A stretch of DNA of 64,000 bases from Candidatus Hadarchaeota archaeon (GCA_964474885.1 CAYYWO010000001.1:102722-166721), one strand, 5' to 3'. Counted from the stretch's first letter, positions 19,470 to 30,461 are shown. Numbers and translations are program-made. The notes: generated by a model not told the origin, from the sequence alone.

Positions 19470-20375
19470 ATGAAGGTGAAGGAAAAGATTTTGCAGCTCA
19501 AGAAGAAGAAGAAAGCAGTCATCCTCGCACACAATTACCAGAGGTCGGAGGTGCAGGAGCTGGCAGATTTCGTTGGAGATTCGTTGGAGCTGGCTAAGCA
19601 GGCCACTCAGGTGGATGCGGATTTGGTTGTTATGTGTGGCGTGGACTTCATGGCAGAGACTGTTTGCATCCTCAACCCAGACAAGAAGGTTCTGATCCCA
19701 GATGTCGGATCCATTTGCTCCATGGCTCAAATGCTCACCCCAGAGCAGCTGAGACGGGCCAAAGAGGAAAATCGGGGTGCGGAGGTGGTGCTTTACGTTA
19801 ACACGACGGCAGATTGCAAGGCGCTAGCAGATTGTATCTGCACTTCCGCAAACGCCCCCCAGGTGGTGGGTGCCATGGAATCAGAAGTTGTCTTGTTCGG
19901 TCCCGATAGAAATCTAGCCGAGTACGTGAGGCGCAGGACAGAAAAGCGTGTGTTGTCTGTTCCGGAGTACGGCCTCTGTCCCGTGCACCATCAGCTCTCA
20001 GTCGAGGATGTGCGGAAAGCGAAGGCCAAGCACCCCCAGGCCGAACTCGTAGTGCATCCGGAGTGCATCCCAGAGGTTCAGGATCTTGCGGATCACATAG
20101 CCTCGACGAGCGGCATGGTCAAGTACTGTTCGCAGTCTTCTAGAGGAGAGTTTTTGATAGGGACCGAGGAGGGCTTGCTGCACAGGCTCAGGAGGGAGTG
20201 TCCAGAGAAACGATTCCACCTCGTCTCACCTTACTTGGTATGCCCTCAGATGAAGATGCACACGCTGGGGAAGATCCAGCGTGCATTGGAGTTGGAGAAG
20301 CCCGAGGTGAAGATAGAGAAGGGAGTAGCCGAGGCAGCTAGGCGAGCGGTGGAGCGTATGCTTAGCCTCGTATGA
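19470..20375 (+). CDS. nadA: Quinolinate synthase A
   Basis: LAHNYQ, GDSLEL, CGVDFMAE, CSMA, CPVH, HPEC, CPQMK. Confidence 0.96.
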   Translation: MKVKEKILQLKKKKKAVILAHNYQRSEVQELADFVGDSLELAKQATQVDADLVVMCGVDFMAETVCILNPDKKVLIPDVGSICSMAQMLTPEQLRRAKEENRGAEVVLYVNTTADCKALADCICTSANAPQVVGAMESEVVLFGPDRNLAEYVRRRTEKRVLSVPEYGLCPVHHQLSVEDVRKAKAKHPQAELVVHPECIPEVQDLADHIASTSGMVKYCSQSSRGEFLIGTEEGLLHRLRRECPEKRFHLVSPYLVCPQMKMHTLGKIQRALELEKPEVKIEKGVAEAARRAVERMLSLV

Positions 20376-20806
20376 AGGGGAGGGTTGTAGCCGTATGTTT
20401 GAGCGAAAGAAAAGGAACCAGTAAGAGACCCGTCCCTGAGGGCCATCTCAAGGAAGATTACGGTCTGGTGGGGGATGCCCATGCCCGCCCCTCCTTCCCG
20501 AGACAAATCAGCCTTCTCTCGATCGAGAGCATCAGACGCATGAGGGAGCAGGGCTACCAGGTAGGACCTGGGGACTTCGCGGAAAATTTAACAGTCGAGG
20601 GCTTGGATTTGCAGGCGCTCAGACCCGGTTCTAGAATCCAGGTGGGGGAGGCCATCATCGAGGTTACGCAGAGGGGGAAGGAGTGCAGGGACGCATGCGA
20701 GATAGGCAGGCAGCTCGGGAAATGCATCATGCCGGTCGAAGGCTTGTTTGCCAGGGTACTGAAAGGAGGGAGAGTCAAGCCGGGTGACGAGATCAAAGTA
20801 CTTTGA
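20372..20806 (+). CDS. MOSC-domain protein
   Basis: GLVGDAHA, RQISLL, PGDFAENLT, GKEC...C...CIMP. Confidence 0.92.
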   Translation: MKGRVVAVCLSERKGTSKRPVPEGHLKEDYGLVGDAHARPSFPRQISLLSIESIRRMREQGYQVGPGDFAENLTVEGLDLQALRPGSRIQVGEAIIEVTQRGKECRDACEIGRQLGKCIMPVEGLFARVLKGGRVKPGDEIKVL

Positions 20807-20811
20807 TTTAA

Positions 20812-21435
20812 CTACTCTACTAGTAGGTAAAGTGCAGCCAGTAGCACCACAATAGGGACGGCTTTTTGGAGGGACGGAAGCAGCAACTGGAATTTCTGGA
20901 TGAGGACTTGTCTGCCAAGCGAGACTGCGACAGTGAGTGGCACCACCGCCGAGCACATTCCCAAGGAGTAAGCTAGGAAAACTAAGAAGCCTGGCAGGAA
21001 GCCCCCGGAGGAGACAGCGGTTGAGAGGATCATGAGGAAAATGGGAAAAGCACAGGCAATGGACGTCAGACCGTACAGAACGCCAAAGATGAGGAGCGGG
21101 AGCTCTCGCTTTATTCTAAAAGGAAAGGAGAAGGAAAGTCTGAAACCAGCCAACCAGGAGAGGGCTAGGAGCACTAAGAAAAGGCCGGAGATCACTCTGA
21201 ACAATTGCGCATAGGGGCCCAAGCTAGCCCCCAGCAATGAGACGGGTACTCCCAAGCCAAGGAAAAGGGTGATGAAGCCAGCTGAAAAGGAGATCCCGGC
21301 TTTGACCCCATCTAGGAGGCTCCCCTTTTGACCCAGCCAATAAGCTATGTACGCTGGAAGGAGCACGAAGGCACAGGGGTTGAAGAAACTCAGGATGCCG
21401 CTCATAAAGGCCAAGAAGAGAAGAGCCGCATCCAA
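20812..21435 (-). CDS. CcdA/DsbD-family membrane disulfide reductase
   Basis: SFFNPCAFVLLPAY and SIACAFPIF cysteine motifs; about 6 TM. Confidence 0.9.
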   Translation of the reverse strand: MDAALLFLAFMSGILSFFNPCAFVLLPAYIAYWLGQKGSLLDGVKAGISFSAGFITLFLGLGVPVSLLGASLGPYAQLFRVISGLFLVLLALSWLAGFRLSFSFPFRIKRELPLLIFGVLYGLTSIACAFPIFLMILSTAVSSGGFLPGFLVFLAYSLGMCSAVVPLTVAVSLGRQVLIQKFQLLLPSLQKAVPIVVLLAALYLLVE

Positions 21436-21439
21436 GCTT

Positions 21440-21964
21440 TCAATCCTCCAAGAGGCCCTCTATTTTAGAGGAGAGCTCCGCGTATGAAGTTAGCCCTACC
21501 TTTTTGTAAACTATCACACCATCTCCGCCGATCAAATACAGGGTTGGTATATACATCACCCCGTATTGTACGCCCACCGAGGGCCCGCTCGCAAAGATCC
21601 ACGTTGCCTCAACCTTCTTTTTGAAGTCCTCCAGCATATGGAGATCCTCGCTGGGATCCACGTCAATGGAGATTATTATGACCCCTTCTGCTGAATAATC
21701 GGAGTACACTCTCTTCAGGTGATCCATTTCGGAGATGCATGGGCCGCACCAAGTGGCCATGAAGTCCAGCAATACAACTTTTCCCCTGAAGTCGCTCAGG
21801 CTGAACTCTTCTCCCTCGGTGCTGGTCAGAGTGAAGTCAGGGGCAAGCTGCCCGATTCCTGTTCCGGTGGAAGGCACGTTTTCGTTTTCCTTTCTGGGGA
21901 GGAGTTGCCAGCCAGCCACAAGCATGCAAGAAAGGAGTACGGCGGCCAGGAGGTAGCGGTTCAT
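21440..21964 (-). CDS. TlpA-like exported thioredoxin
   Basis: APDFTL, LDFMATWCGPC, IPTLYLI; N-terminal anchor; paired with CcdA. Confidence 0.9.
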   Translation of the reverse strand: MNRYLLAAVLLSCMLVAGWQLLPRKENENVPSTGTGIGQLAPDFTLTSTEGEEFSLSDFRGKVVLLDFMATWCGPCISEMDHLKRVYSDYSAEGVIIISIDVDPSEDLHMLEDFKKKVEATWIFASGPSVGVQYGVMYIPTLYLIGGDGVIVYKKVGLTSYAELSSKIEGLLED

Positions 21965-22026
21965 CACTACTTCCAGTTTCGATGGTGATATCGACAACTC
22001 GTTAAAGCCGGGAGGGAAAATTACCG

Positions 22027-22758
22027 ATGCCTCTCGATAGGAAAGGGAAAGACTTGTTGAAGCAGGCGAAATATGACAAGATCAAGCGGGAGATCATCAG
22101 GGCGATCGTGAAACGCATCCGGGATGAAGCAAACGTGGGGGAAGAGTTCCATTCGATAGTGGAGAAGGTTCTGAAGGAGGAACGCTTCCAGCAGTTCTTT
22201 GAGGAGCTCGTGAGACAGATCCAGAAGTCCACTAGACTTCCGGAGAAGGAATCAAAGGGGTGCGCTTCTTTACTGGTTAGTGAAGCGGCGGGAGAAGAGG
22301 TGTGTCGGGTGGTACCCAGCCTGATAGTGGAGTCCGAGCGAAAACCTAACCAGCGAAGGATGGAATACTTCGATAGACTTTCTAAGCAAGGCATGCTCCG
22401 CGGACAATGTACCTCTCAAGCCATTGTCTGCGGAAAGGGTGGATTCGGGAAGTCTGTTAGAGATGTATTCATGCACCATCCCATCGTGCTTTTAGTGGTT
22501 GGAGCCGGGGCGGCCTTCATCTTGATTGCATCCCTCCTGATTGGCTCCCCATACGAAACTTTGTTGGCAGCCCTAACCCTTCAACCATCCGATGCCTCCT
22601 CCGTTTCGCAACAGGTTGGTAATGTTCTGGCGGCTTTTGGAGGAGTTCTGCTTTTTTTCACCTCTGTCACATTGATAGTTTCCCACCTGCTGGAGCAGGA
22701 TCGCAAGAGACGCACAGTTTACCGTCTAGCGGAGCAGTACTTGGAGAAGTCTAGATAA
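22027..22758 (+). CDS. Hypothetical membrane protein
   Basis: Charged helical N-terminus and two C-terminal TM helices; no motif recognised. Confidence 0.6.
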   Translation: MPLDRKGKDLLKQAKYDKIKREIIRAIVKRIRDEANVGEEFHSIVEKVLKEERFQQFFEELVRQIQKSTRLPEKESKGCASLLVSEAAGEEVCRVVPSLIVESERKPNQRRMEYFDRLSKQGMLRGQCTSQAIVCGKGGFGKSVRDVFMHHPIVLLVVGAGAAFILIASLLIGSPYETLLAALTLQPSDASSVSQQVGNVLAAFGGVLLFFTSVTLIVSHLLEQDRKRRTVYRLAEQYLEKSR

Positions 22759-22900
22759 CTCCGCAATCCAGAGCTACCAGGATACGGGGGAGTTCAGTTT
22801 GTTTTATTTAGCCCCGATGTTCCCGGCTGTACTTAATCTTTCCTTACTCCTTCGGCAACTTGAACCCTTAAGTATAGGGGTGGCTCCAACCGATGTAAGG

Positions 22901-22975
<75 letters not shown>

Positions 22976-23050
22976 CTCCAAGAATTTTGCTCATATTTGG
23001 TTTATCTCTCTCGAAACATAGGCTTCGATTTAAACAACTAATCCTATGAG

Positions 23051-23136
23051 CGCCGGGGGTGGGATTTGAACCCACGAGGCCCAACGGGGCCACACGCTCT
23101 CAAGGCGTGCGCCTTACCTGGCTAGGCTACCCCGGC
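23051..23136 (-). tRNA. tRNA-Ser(TGA)
   Basis: Reverse complement GCCGGGG...CACGC-CTTGAGA-GCGTG, long variable arm, G discriminator; follows rps10. Confidence 0.94.
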
Positions 23137-23148
23137 ATCAAAAATTGT

Positions 23149-23451
23149 TCACTCAAGTGTTAATTCGGGTCTGACGACGTCGGGTATGGGGAGGCGCGTT
23201 ATTTTCCTGAGCACACGATCATCTGGGTGAATGTAAAAGAGCCTCTTGTGTATTCTCATCTCCCACTTATCCCAGGTGCTCGTCCCCCTCCCATCGGGCC
23301 CCTTCCTGACCGGAATTACGATCCGGCGTGTAGGGAGGGGGATGGGGCCTGAATACTCTACTCCCGCACTGTCCAGTATCCCCTTTATTTGTTTGCAGAC
23401 TTCCTCCAGCTGCTTATAATCGGTACTCAGGAGTTTGAGCTTAGCCTTCAA
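23149..23451 (-). CDS. rps10: 30S ribosomal protein S10
   Basis: GPIPLPT, GTSTWDKWEMRIHKR. Confidence 0.96.
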   Translation of the reverse strand: MKAKLKLLSTDYKQLEEVCKQIKGILDSAGVEYSGPIPLPTRRIVIPVRKGPDGRGTSTWDKWEMRIHKRLFYIHPDDRVLRKITRLPIPDVVRPELTLE

Positions 23452-23453
23452 AA

Positions 23454-24713
23454 TTATTTCGGAACTAAGTCTATGCAGACACCAGCAGCTATAGTCATAC
23501 CCATGTCCCTGATGGCGAATCTGGCAAGCTGCGGGATCTCTGACATCTTTTCAATCACGAGGGGCTTGGTGGGGACGACCCTGATCGTAGCGGCATCACC
23601 TTTTTTTATGAACTGCGGGTTCTTCTCTACTTCCGCCCCAGTTTTGGGATCGATCTTGTTTATTATTTCCTCAATCCTGCAGGCACAGGTCGCCGTGTGC
23701 ACGTGAAAGACAGGGGTATAGCCGGGGGCAATTGCAGTCGGGTGCTGGATGACAAAGATCTTAGCGGTGAATTCCGAAACAACAGTCGGGGGCTTGTCGG
23801 TGTGCCCTACCACATCCCCTCTCCTTATATCAGTCTTCGACAACCCTCTGACGTTGAAGCCAATGTTATCCCCAGGCTCCGCTTTGGGTATGCGCTCGTG
23901 GTGCATCTCGATGGATCTGACATCCGTGGTCTTTCCGGGCGGGTTGATGATGACAGTGTCGCCTTCCTTCAGCACGCCCGTCTCCACCCTCCCCACAGGG
24001 ACCGTACCTACACCTGTGATGGAGAAGACATCTTGGATAGGTATGCGCAGGGGCTTGTCAATAGGCTTGGGAGGAACGGTGAAGGTATCCAAGGCTTCGT
24101 AAAAGGTTGGCCCACTATACCACGTCATCTTGGAGCTTGGTTTTGTGACATTTTCACCATAGAAAGCGGACGTGGGTATGTACAGGAACTTATCGGCATT
24201 CCTGTAGCCAATAGATCTCAGCAGCTCAGTTACTTCATTTTTCAGCTTCTCGAAAACCTCTTTCTTGTAGTCAACTAGGTCCATTTTGTTTATCACAACT
24301 ATGAGCTGCCCGATGCCCATGGTGTAGGCGAGTGCCGCGTGCTCCCTGGTCTGGGGCATGATCCCGTCATCGGCTGCTACCACTAGGACTGCGGCATCCG
24401 CTTGGCTCGCCCCCGTGATCATATTCTTGACAAAGTCCCGATGACCAGGAGCATCGATTAGGGTGAAATAGTACTTCTCGGTGTCAAACCTCCTGTGGGC
24501 AAGGTCGATGGTTAGGCCCCTCTCCCTCTCATCCCTTAGATCGTCAAAAACCCAAGCGAACTTGAAGGTCTTTCCTTTATCACCCATCGCCTCGAACTTC
24601 TTAAGATCTTCCTCGGGGAAAAGACCTTTCTCGTATAGCATTCTACCCAGTAGGGTAGATTTGCCGTGGTCTACATGTCCGATGGTTATCAGGTTCAGGT
24701 GAGGTCTGGACAT
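23454..24713 (-). CDS. tuf: Translation elongation factor EF-1alpha
   Basis: [41 protein letters not shown]. Confidence 0.98.
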   Translation of the reverse strand: MSRPHLNLITIGHVDHGKSTLLGRMLYEKGLFPEEDLKKFEAMGDKGKTFKFAWVFDDLRDERERGLTIDLAHRRFDTEKYYFTLIDAPGHRDFVKNMITGASQADAAVLVVAADDGIMPQTREHAALAYTMGIGQLIVVINKMDLVDYKKEVFEKLKNEVTELLRSIGYRNADKFLYIPTSAFYGENVTKPSSKMTWYSGPTFYEALDTFTVPPKPIDKPLRIPIQDVFSITGVGTVPVGRVETGVLKEGDTVIINPPGKTTDVRSIEMHHERIPKAEPGDNIGFNVRGLSKTDIRRGDVVGHTDKPPTVVSEFTAKIFVIQHPTAIAPGYTPVFHVHTATCACRIEEIINKIDPKTGAEVEKNPQFIKKGDAATIRVVPTKPLVIEKMSEIPQLARFAIRDMGMTIAAGVCIDLVPK

Positions 24714-24848
24714 TTGACAATTAGAGCGGGTTATTTAAATAGGTTCTCGTTTTTGTATCCAAGTCAGGCATGGCGAAGCAGTTTATTTCCCCTCAGCATT
24801 CTCTCATGTTTGATGCTCCAGCCGATTTATCAGAAGCTCTGGAGGCCC

Positions 24849-25529
24849 ATGAAAGTGGCGGTGCTCTTTTCCGGCGGAGCTAGTGCGGTGCCCTTTATGC
24901 TGAACTCGGAAAGATTCAGGGTGGTGGGAGGTGTGAGCTCCAACTCTCGGGCGAAGGGGATAGAGAGGCTGAGACAATTCGGGATCCCGGTGAAGGTCTT
25001 GGACATCCGGGAGTTTTACGGGAGCAGGCCGATAACGGACATGGCGATCAGGAGGGAGTACGATGCAAGACTAGTGGAACTTGTTTCAGAGTGGGAGCCA
25101 GATGTGGTTGCGTGCTCCGGTTATATGTACGTGCTCACTGAAGTTTTCCTGAGTGCTTTCCCGCTCCGTGTCCTGAACGTCCACCCGGCCGACTTGAGAA
25201 TCATGGAGGGCGGGAGGAGGAAGTACGCGGGCTTGCACGCGGTCGAGAAGCAGATCCAATGCGGGGAGAGGGAGACCAGGTCGACGATCCATCTCATGAC
25301 GGAGGATGTTGATCATGGCCCCATCATCTGCATTTCCCCCCCGCTGCCCGTTGAGAACAGAACACCGGCTGAGCAGCAGGAGCTGATGAAGCAGCGGTGC
25401 GACGGTCCCGCATACAGGAAGGCACTGGAGCTCATCTCGGAGGGCAAGTTGGCTCTGGACGAACAGCAGAGAGTTTATCACCGAGAGAACGGGGAGTGGG
25501 TAGAGGGCCCGTACGTGATGGAGGGTTAA
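24849..25529 (+). CDS. purN: Phosphoribosylglycinamide formyltransferase (formyl-THF dependent)
   Basis: VAVLFSGGAS, GYMYVL, LNVHPAD, TIH..TEDVDHGPII; inside the purine cluster. Confidence 0.85.
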   Translation: MKVAVLFSGGASAVPFMLNSERFRVVGGVSSNSRAKGIERLRQFGIPVKVLDIREFYGSRPITDMAIRREYDARLVELVSEWEPDVVACSGYMYVLTEVFLSAFPLRVLNVHPADLRIMEGGRRKYAGLHAVEKQIQCGERETRSTIHLMTEDVDHGPIICISPPLPVENRTPAEQQELMKQRCDGPAYRKALELISEGKLALDEQQRVYHRENGEWVEGPYVMEG

Positions 25530-25538
25530 ATCGGCTGG

Positions 25539-25994
25539 TTAGTTATCCCCACTCAAGTTGACGGCAGGATCTGAACGGGAACTAGGATTCATGAGCTTGC
25601 GCAGTTTTTCGTATACGAGTCTGTTGTCCGAACTCCTTATTCCTTTTCTGTGGTGAAAGCGGGCAAAGAGGTATATCTTTCTTCTCCTCCTTCCATTCCT
25701 GTAGGTGGTTCTCAGAGGCTTGTTCCAAGGCCAAGCTCTCTCCTCCCTTCCCTTGAAGACTTGGTCGAAGCCGTAATGAACATCTGCTATCTGTCTGAGG
25801 GAGATCTTGAGTTGGAAGTCAGAATCTCTTTTTACATCCCTTCCCTTGAAAGAGATCTCCTCCCTGTTCACTTTGAGTTCCCCCTCATATCGATGGAGGG
25901 GCTTGAAACCAGACGTGTGGGCCTTCAGCCAGTCCAGGAAGCTCCTGTTTTTGATGTCCTCTTCAAACGCGAGCAGGGAATTTTTATATTTCAT
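25539..25994 (-). CDS. Hypothetical basic protein
   Basis: 151-aa ORF between purN and purD with an AT-rich upstream region; no motif recognised. Confidence 0.55.
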   Translation of the reverse strand: MKYKNSLLAFEEDIKNRSFLDWLKAHTSGFKPLHRYEGELKVNREEISFKGRDVKRDSDFQLKISLRQIADVHYGFDQVFKGREERAWPWNKPLRTTYRNGRRRRKIYLFARFHHRKGIRSSDNRLVYEKLRKLMNPSSRSDPAVNLSGDN

Positions 25995-26078
25995 TGTTTT
26001 CTTTTAACATCATCCATTTTTAAACCCAAGACGATCGACGACAGTAATAACAAAATCAAAGGGTCAAAATAGATTGAA

Positions 26079-27479
26079 ATGTCGGTTGGTGTCTTGGGGA
26101 TAAGCTACGGTGGCAGGTTCGCGTGCATAGCCGATTGCTTGGTGAGGAGCGAGCAGCCCGTCAAGCTCTTTGTGGTAGACAAGCAGAAGAATCCCTTTAA
26201 CCTGAAGCTGTGCGAGCAGACGGGTGGCGAGCACGTGGTAGTCCCCGACCTATCGGTGGAGCAGATCGTGAAGTTCGCCGAGAAGCACAAATCGGAGATA
26301 GATTTCGGGTTGCTAGGCCCTGAGGGTCCTGGCATCCAAGGAGTCAGGGACGCGGTAGAGAGGATGGGCATACCCATGATATGTCCCGTCAGGCAAAAGT
26401 TCATAGAGGCCAGCAAGGTGCGGCAGCGTCTGCTCATGTCCCGTGCCATGCCCCGGGCGAATCCGCGCTTTAGAGTTTTCGACCCGGTCAAGCTGGGTTC
26501 GAAGGAAGAGGCCCGGAAAGAATTCTACGCCTGTTTGGAAGAGATGGGGGAGGAAGTAGCGATAAAGCCCGATGCGCCAGCCACGGGAAAGGGAGTTGGC
26601 GTTTGGGGGGACCACTTCACCTCAAAGGAGCAGGCTTTCGAGGAGTTCTTTTGGCCCAACCTGCAGAAGGGGAAAGTCTTGGTGGAGGAGAAAGTTGAGG
26701 GGGAGGAGTTCTCCCTGCAGTTCGTCACGGACGGGAGGCATCTGATCCCCACTCCAGCAGTCAGGGACTACAAGAGGGCATGGGACTGGGATCAGGGACC
26801 GAACACAGGGGGGATGGGCTCTTACAAGTCGGAGGGGGACTTATTGCCCTTCATGGAACGCTCAGACTGGGAGGAAGCCCTAGAGGTCGGGGAAAAGGTC
26901 CATCAAGCCCTGAAGGAAGGGGAGCATGACCCGAGTCTGAGGGGAGTGCTGTATTTTGCCTTCGTGATCTCAGAGGGAGGGGTGAAGGTCTTCGAGATAA
27001 ACAGCAGGTGGGGGGATCCGGAGGTCATGAACATTCTCCCTCTCCTCAAGCAGGACTTCGTCGAGGTGTGTTACAAGTGGCTGGAGGGTACTTTGACAAG
27101 ACTAGAATTCGAGAACAGGTCGAGTGTTGTTGTCTATGCAACACCCCTTTCCTATGGGGGATACGCCACCTACACGGGCCCGGCTAAGGTCGATCTGAGT
27201 AGGGCGGAGAGCCTGAGGAAAGAGTTCGGGGACGACCTCAGGATATATCCAGCTTCGCTAGAGCTGAGAGAGGACGGGTGCTATGCCCTGCGCTCGCGGA
27301 CGGTGGCCTGTGTGGGACTGGCTACAGACCTGCAAAAGGCAAGACGCATAGCTTATCAAGCCGTTAGACTCGTGGATGGTCCCCTAAGGCACAGGGAGGA
27401 CATAGCTCACCCTGAGTACATTCGGCGGAGCATCGAGCATGTCAGGAGGCTGAGGGCTCAGGCCTCAAAAGTTTCGTAG
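26079..27479 (+). CDS. purD: Phosphoribosylamine-glycine ligase
   Basis: GPEGP, EASK, GKGV, GEEFS, DYKRA...GPNTGGMGS, EINSRWGDPE. Confidence 0.95.
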   Translation: MSVGVLGISYGGRFACIADCLVRSEQPVKLFVVDKQKNPFNLKLCEQTGGEHVVVPDLSVEQIVKFAEKHKSEIDFGLLGPEGPGIQGVRDAVERMGIPMICPVRQKFIEASKVRQRLLMSRAMPRANPRFRVFDPVKLGSKEEARKEFYACLEEMGEEVAIKPDAPATGKGVGVWGDHFTSKEQAFEEFFWPNLQKGKVLVEEKVEGEEFSLQFVTDGRHLIPTPAVRDYKRAWDWDQGPNTGGMGSYKSEGDLLPFMERSDWEEALEVGEKVHQALKEGEHDPSLRGVLYFAFVISEGGVKVFEINSRWGDPEVMNILPLLKQDFVEVCYKWLEGTLTRLEFENRSSVVVYATPLSYGGYATYTGPAKVDLSRAESLRKEFGDDLRIYPASLELREDGCYALRSRTVACVGLATDLQKARRIAYQAVRLVDGPLRHREDIAHPEYIRRSIEHVRRLRAQASKVS

Positions 27480-28906
27480 ATCCTCCCCATCTCCTTCTCC
27501 TTAGCGAGGACTTTCTGTTTCACTTTGTCGGCCATTTGCTGGGCGAGGGGAGTCGGATACTCGCATGTCAGGCAGCCTAAGCAGAGTTCGTTCTTTCGCA
27601 GACCTGTTGCTTTCACGAGTCCGTCTATGGTCTGATAGCACACGGCATCTGCACCAATCATTCTCGCGATCTCATCCTCGTCCCTGTTGAATCCTATGAG
27701 CTCGCTGAAAGTAGCCATGTCTATACCGTAGAAGCAGGGTGCTACGATTTTTGGGAAGGTGATAAAGAGGTAAACTTCCTTGGCTCCAGCTTCCCTTATC
27801 TGTTTCACGACCTTCCTCGAGGTATCTCCCCTAACTATGCTATCGTCTATGACGGCGACTCTCTTGCCCCTTATCTGAGAGGAAACGTTTACCTTCCTCG
27901 AGATGATGAGCTCCCTCTGCCTGACGCTGGATATGAATGCCCTGTCAATGATGAACCTATGCCTGCGCACCGCTCTCTCCCAGGGGATGCCAGTCTCCTC
28001 GTGAAAGCCGTAGGCGGCATCGTCCCCTGTCTCCGGGATGGAGATGACGACATCAACCTTTCTGGCGATCTCCGAGTACTCTTTGGCGAGGTTTCTTCCG
28101 AGTTCTTCCCTTACTTTGTAGACCGGCTTTCCCCCGTCGAGGACGGAGTCCGGCCTAGCGAAGTAGGCGAACTCAAACGAGCACAGGGCCCTCCTGCCAC
28201 TCTTCTTTATCTTGATCCTGTTGAGTTTGCCGTCTTCCCACGTCACGAGTTCCCCAGGCTGTATCTCTCCCTTGACAGGTATCCTGTTTATGTCAAGCCC
28301 AACGGTCTCCGAAGAGATAGCGTGAAGCTCCCCATCCCTCTCTCCCCAGCACAGGGGACGTATGCCCAAGGGGTCCCTAAAGGCGAAGAGTTCTCCCTCG
28401 GCCGAGAGCCCGACCACAGAGTATGCCCCCTCAAAGTTCTCCATGATGTCCTCAACGGAACCTTGGAGATCCTTTCCCCTTCGGAGCCCGGCCAGCAACA
28501 ACTTCACATCGCTACCCTGCACCTTGAACTCCTCCGAAAGCGCTCTAGTGTTCACGAGGTTCCCGTTGAAGGCGAGCGCCAGCCTGTCTAAGACGAAAGG
28601 CTGGGCTTCGCTCATGAGGATTTCCGGGTCGCTCTTCCCAGAGGTGGCATATCTGACGTGCCCAATGCCCAGGTTTCCCTTGAGCTTATCCGGCAGACCT
28701 TGGGATAGGAAGCGGGAGACGGGAGGCACCAGCCCCAAGTCGCAGTAACGGTGCATGGTGTTCTGGGAAAGGGTGAGGATCCCGTGGGAGTGGTGCCCCC
28801 TGTGATTCTGGGCGATCAGACCCCAGTAGATGAACATAGAAACATCTTTTCCCTCTGGACTTGCTGCGAGGAAGACCCCACACTTGTCCCTTGCCACGCA
28901 AACCAT
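27458..28906 (-). CDS. purF: Amidophosphoribosyltransferase
   Basis: CGVF catalytic Cys after a short propeptide, GHVRYAT, RDPLGIRPL, YFARPDS, DDSIVRGDT, CFYGID. Confidence 0.96.
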   Translation of the reverse strand: MVCVARDKCGVFLAASPEGKDVSMFIYWGLIAQNHRGHHSHGILTLSQNTMHRYCDLGLVPPVSRFLSQGLPDKLKGNLGIGHVRYATSGKSDPEILMSEAQPFVLDRLALAFNGNLVNTRALSEEFKVQGSDVKLLLAGLRRGKDLQGSVEDIMENFEGAYSVVGLSAEGELFAFRDPLGIRPLCWGERDGELHAISSETVGLDINRIPVKGEIQPGELVTWEDGKLNRIKIKKSGRRALCSFEFAYFARPDSVLDGGKPVYKVREELGRNLAKEYSEIARKVDVVISIPETGDDAAYGFHEETGIPWERAVRRHRFIIDRAFISSVRQRELIISRKVNVSSQIRGKRVAVIDDSIVRGDTSRKVVKQIREAGAKEVYLFITFPKIVAPCFYGIDMATFSELIGFNRDEDEIARMIGADAVCYQTIDGLVKATGLRKNELCLGCLTCEYPTPLAQQMADKVKQKVLAKEKEMGRIYETFEA

Positions 28907-28937
28907 CCACTACCGATTTCTTAAAATTACCTGAAGG

Positions 28938-30461
28938 TCAGTGCCTGAAGTGCCGGATGCCCGTGAACACCATGGAGAGTCCCAGCCTGTCGGCGGCGGC
29001 TATGATCTCAGAATCCCTGATGGATCCCCCTGGCTGTATCACGGAGGTGACCCCCGCCTCGGCGGCCTTCTCAATGGCATCGGGGAACGGGAAGAATGCA
29101 TCGGAAGCGAGAACCGAGCCTTTAGCCCGGTCCCCTGCCTTTCTTATGGCGATCTCCGTGGCGTCCACTCTGCTCATCTGCCCGGCTCCAATTCCGACTG
29201 CCTGGGAGTTTTTGGCCAGCACGATGGCGTTGGACTTGACGTGCTTCACTACCTTCCATCCGAAGATGAGATCCCCCCACTCCTCAGGGGTCGGGGAGCG
29301 CCGGGTGACGACCTTGGTTTCCCCAAGTAATTTTCTGTCGCGCTCCTGCACCAACAGGCCACCCGAGATCTGCCTGATCTCCCAGCCAAGATCTTGGACA
29401 CCGGATACCTGGACCACCCTCATGTTCGGCTTTTTTGATAGAATCTGCAGGGCATCGGCCTCATAGTCTGGAGCGACGACGGCTTCGATGAAAGTGGAGG
29501 TGATCTCGGTGGCCGTCTCCGCATCGACGGGTCGGTTGAGACCAACGATCCCCCCATAAGCGGACATGGGATCGCACTCTCTAGCCAGCCTGTAGGCTTG
29601 TGAGATTTTGGGGGCACTTGCAACCCCGCAGGGGTTGGTGTGCTTGATCACAGCGGCGGTGGGCTCCTCGAACTCGCAAACCAGTGACCAAGCTGCATCC
29701 AGGTCCACCAGATTGTTGAATGATAGTTCCTTTCCCTGGAGCTTCTTGGCCGTGGCTAGACCCTCCCCCCAGCGGTAAAGGGCAGCGGCTTGGTGCGGGT
29801 TTTCACCATACCTCAGAGTTTGCTGTCTTTCCGCGATGAGGTGGAGGTGCTCGGGGAAGTCTCCTTCACCCATCTCTCTTGAAAGGTATTGCTCAATGGC
29901 TGCGTCGTAGCTGGAAGTGAGGGAAAAAACCTCCCTCGCGAGTCTCATTCTGGTTTCTTCGCTGAGTTCTCCCCTCTCCTTGAGTTCTTTCAGCACCACC
30001 GGGTACTGTTCTGGCCTGCTCACCACCGCTACCCACTTGAAGTTTTTTGCCGCTGCACGGAGGAGGGTGGGCCCTCCGATGTCTATTTGCTCAATCGCTT
30101 CCTCCAGTCCAGCCCCGCTTTGAACGGTTTCAACGAAGGGGTAAAGATTCACCACGAGCAGATCAATGGGTTCAACTCCAAGTTTCTTTAGGGTCTCTAG
30201 GTGCGTGGGATCGTCCCTCCGTGCCAAGATCGCGGCGTGGATGAGGGGATGCAGCGTTTTTACCCTTCCCCCAAGGATTTCAGGGAAGCCCGTTATTTCG
30301 CTGATATCCTTGACTTGAACGCCCTTCTCCCTGAGGAATTTTGCGGTCCCCCCCGTCGAGATTATCTCGACTCCTAATGACGACAGCTTCTTGGCGAACT
30401 CCTCCAAGCCGGATTTGTCCGATACGCTGATCAGGGCCCTCTTGATTGGCATCTCTTCCAT
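28938..30461 (-). CDS. purH: Bifunctional AICAR formyltransferase/IMP cyclohydrolase
   Basis: RALISVSDK, GRVKTLHP, IDIGGPT, LRYGENPHQ, KHTNPCG, QPGGSIRD, RHFRH. Confidence 0.97.
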   Translation of the reverse strand: MEEMPIKRALISVSDKSGLEEFAKKLSSLGVEIISTGGTAKFLREKGVQVKDISEITGFPEILGGRVKTLHPLIHAAILARRDDPTHLETLKKLGVEPIDLLVVNLYPFVETVQSGAGLEEAIEQIDIGGPTLLRAAAKNFKWVAVVSRPEQYPVVLKELKERGELSEETRMRLAREVFSLTSSYDAAIEQYLSREMGEGDFPEHLHLIAERQQTLRYGENPHQAAALYRWGEGLATAKKLQGKELSFNNLVDLDAAWSLVCEFEEPTAAVIKHTNPCGVASAPKISQAYRLARECDPMSAYGGIVGLNRPVDAETATEITSTFIEAVVAPDYEADALQILSKKPNMRVVQVSGVQDLGWEIRQISGGLLVQERDRKLLGETKVVTRRSPTPEEWGDLIFGWKVVKHVKSNAIVLAKNSQAVGIGAGQMSRVDATEIAIRKAGDRAKGSVLASDAFFPFPDAIEKAAEAGVTSVIQPGGSIRDSEIIAAADRLGLSMVFTGIRHFRH

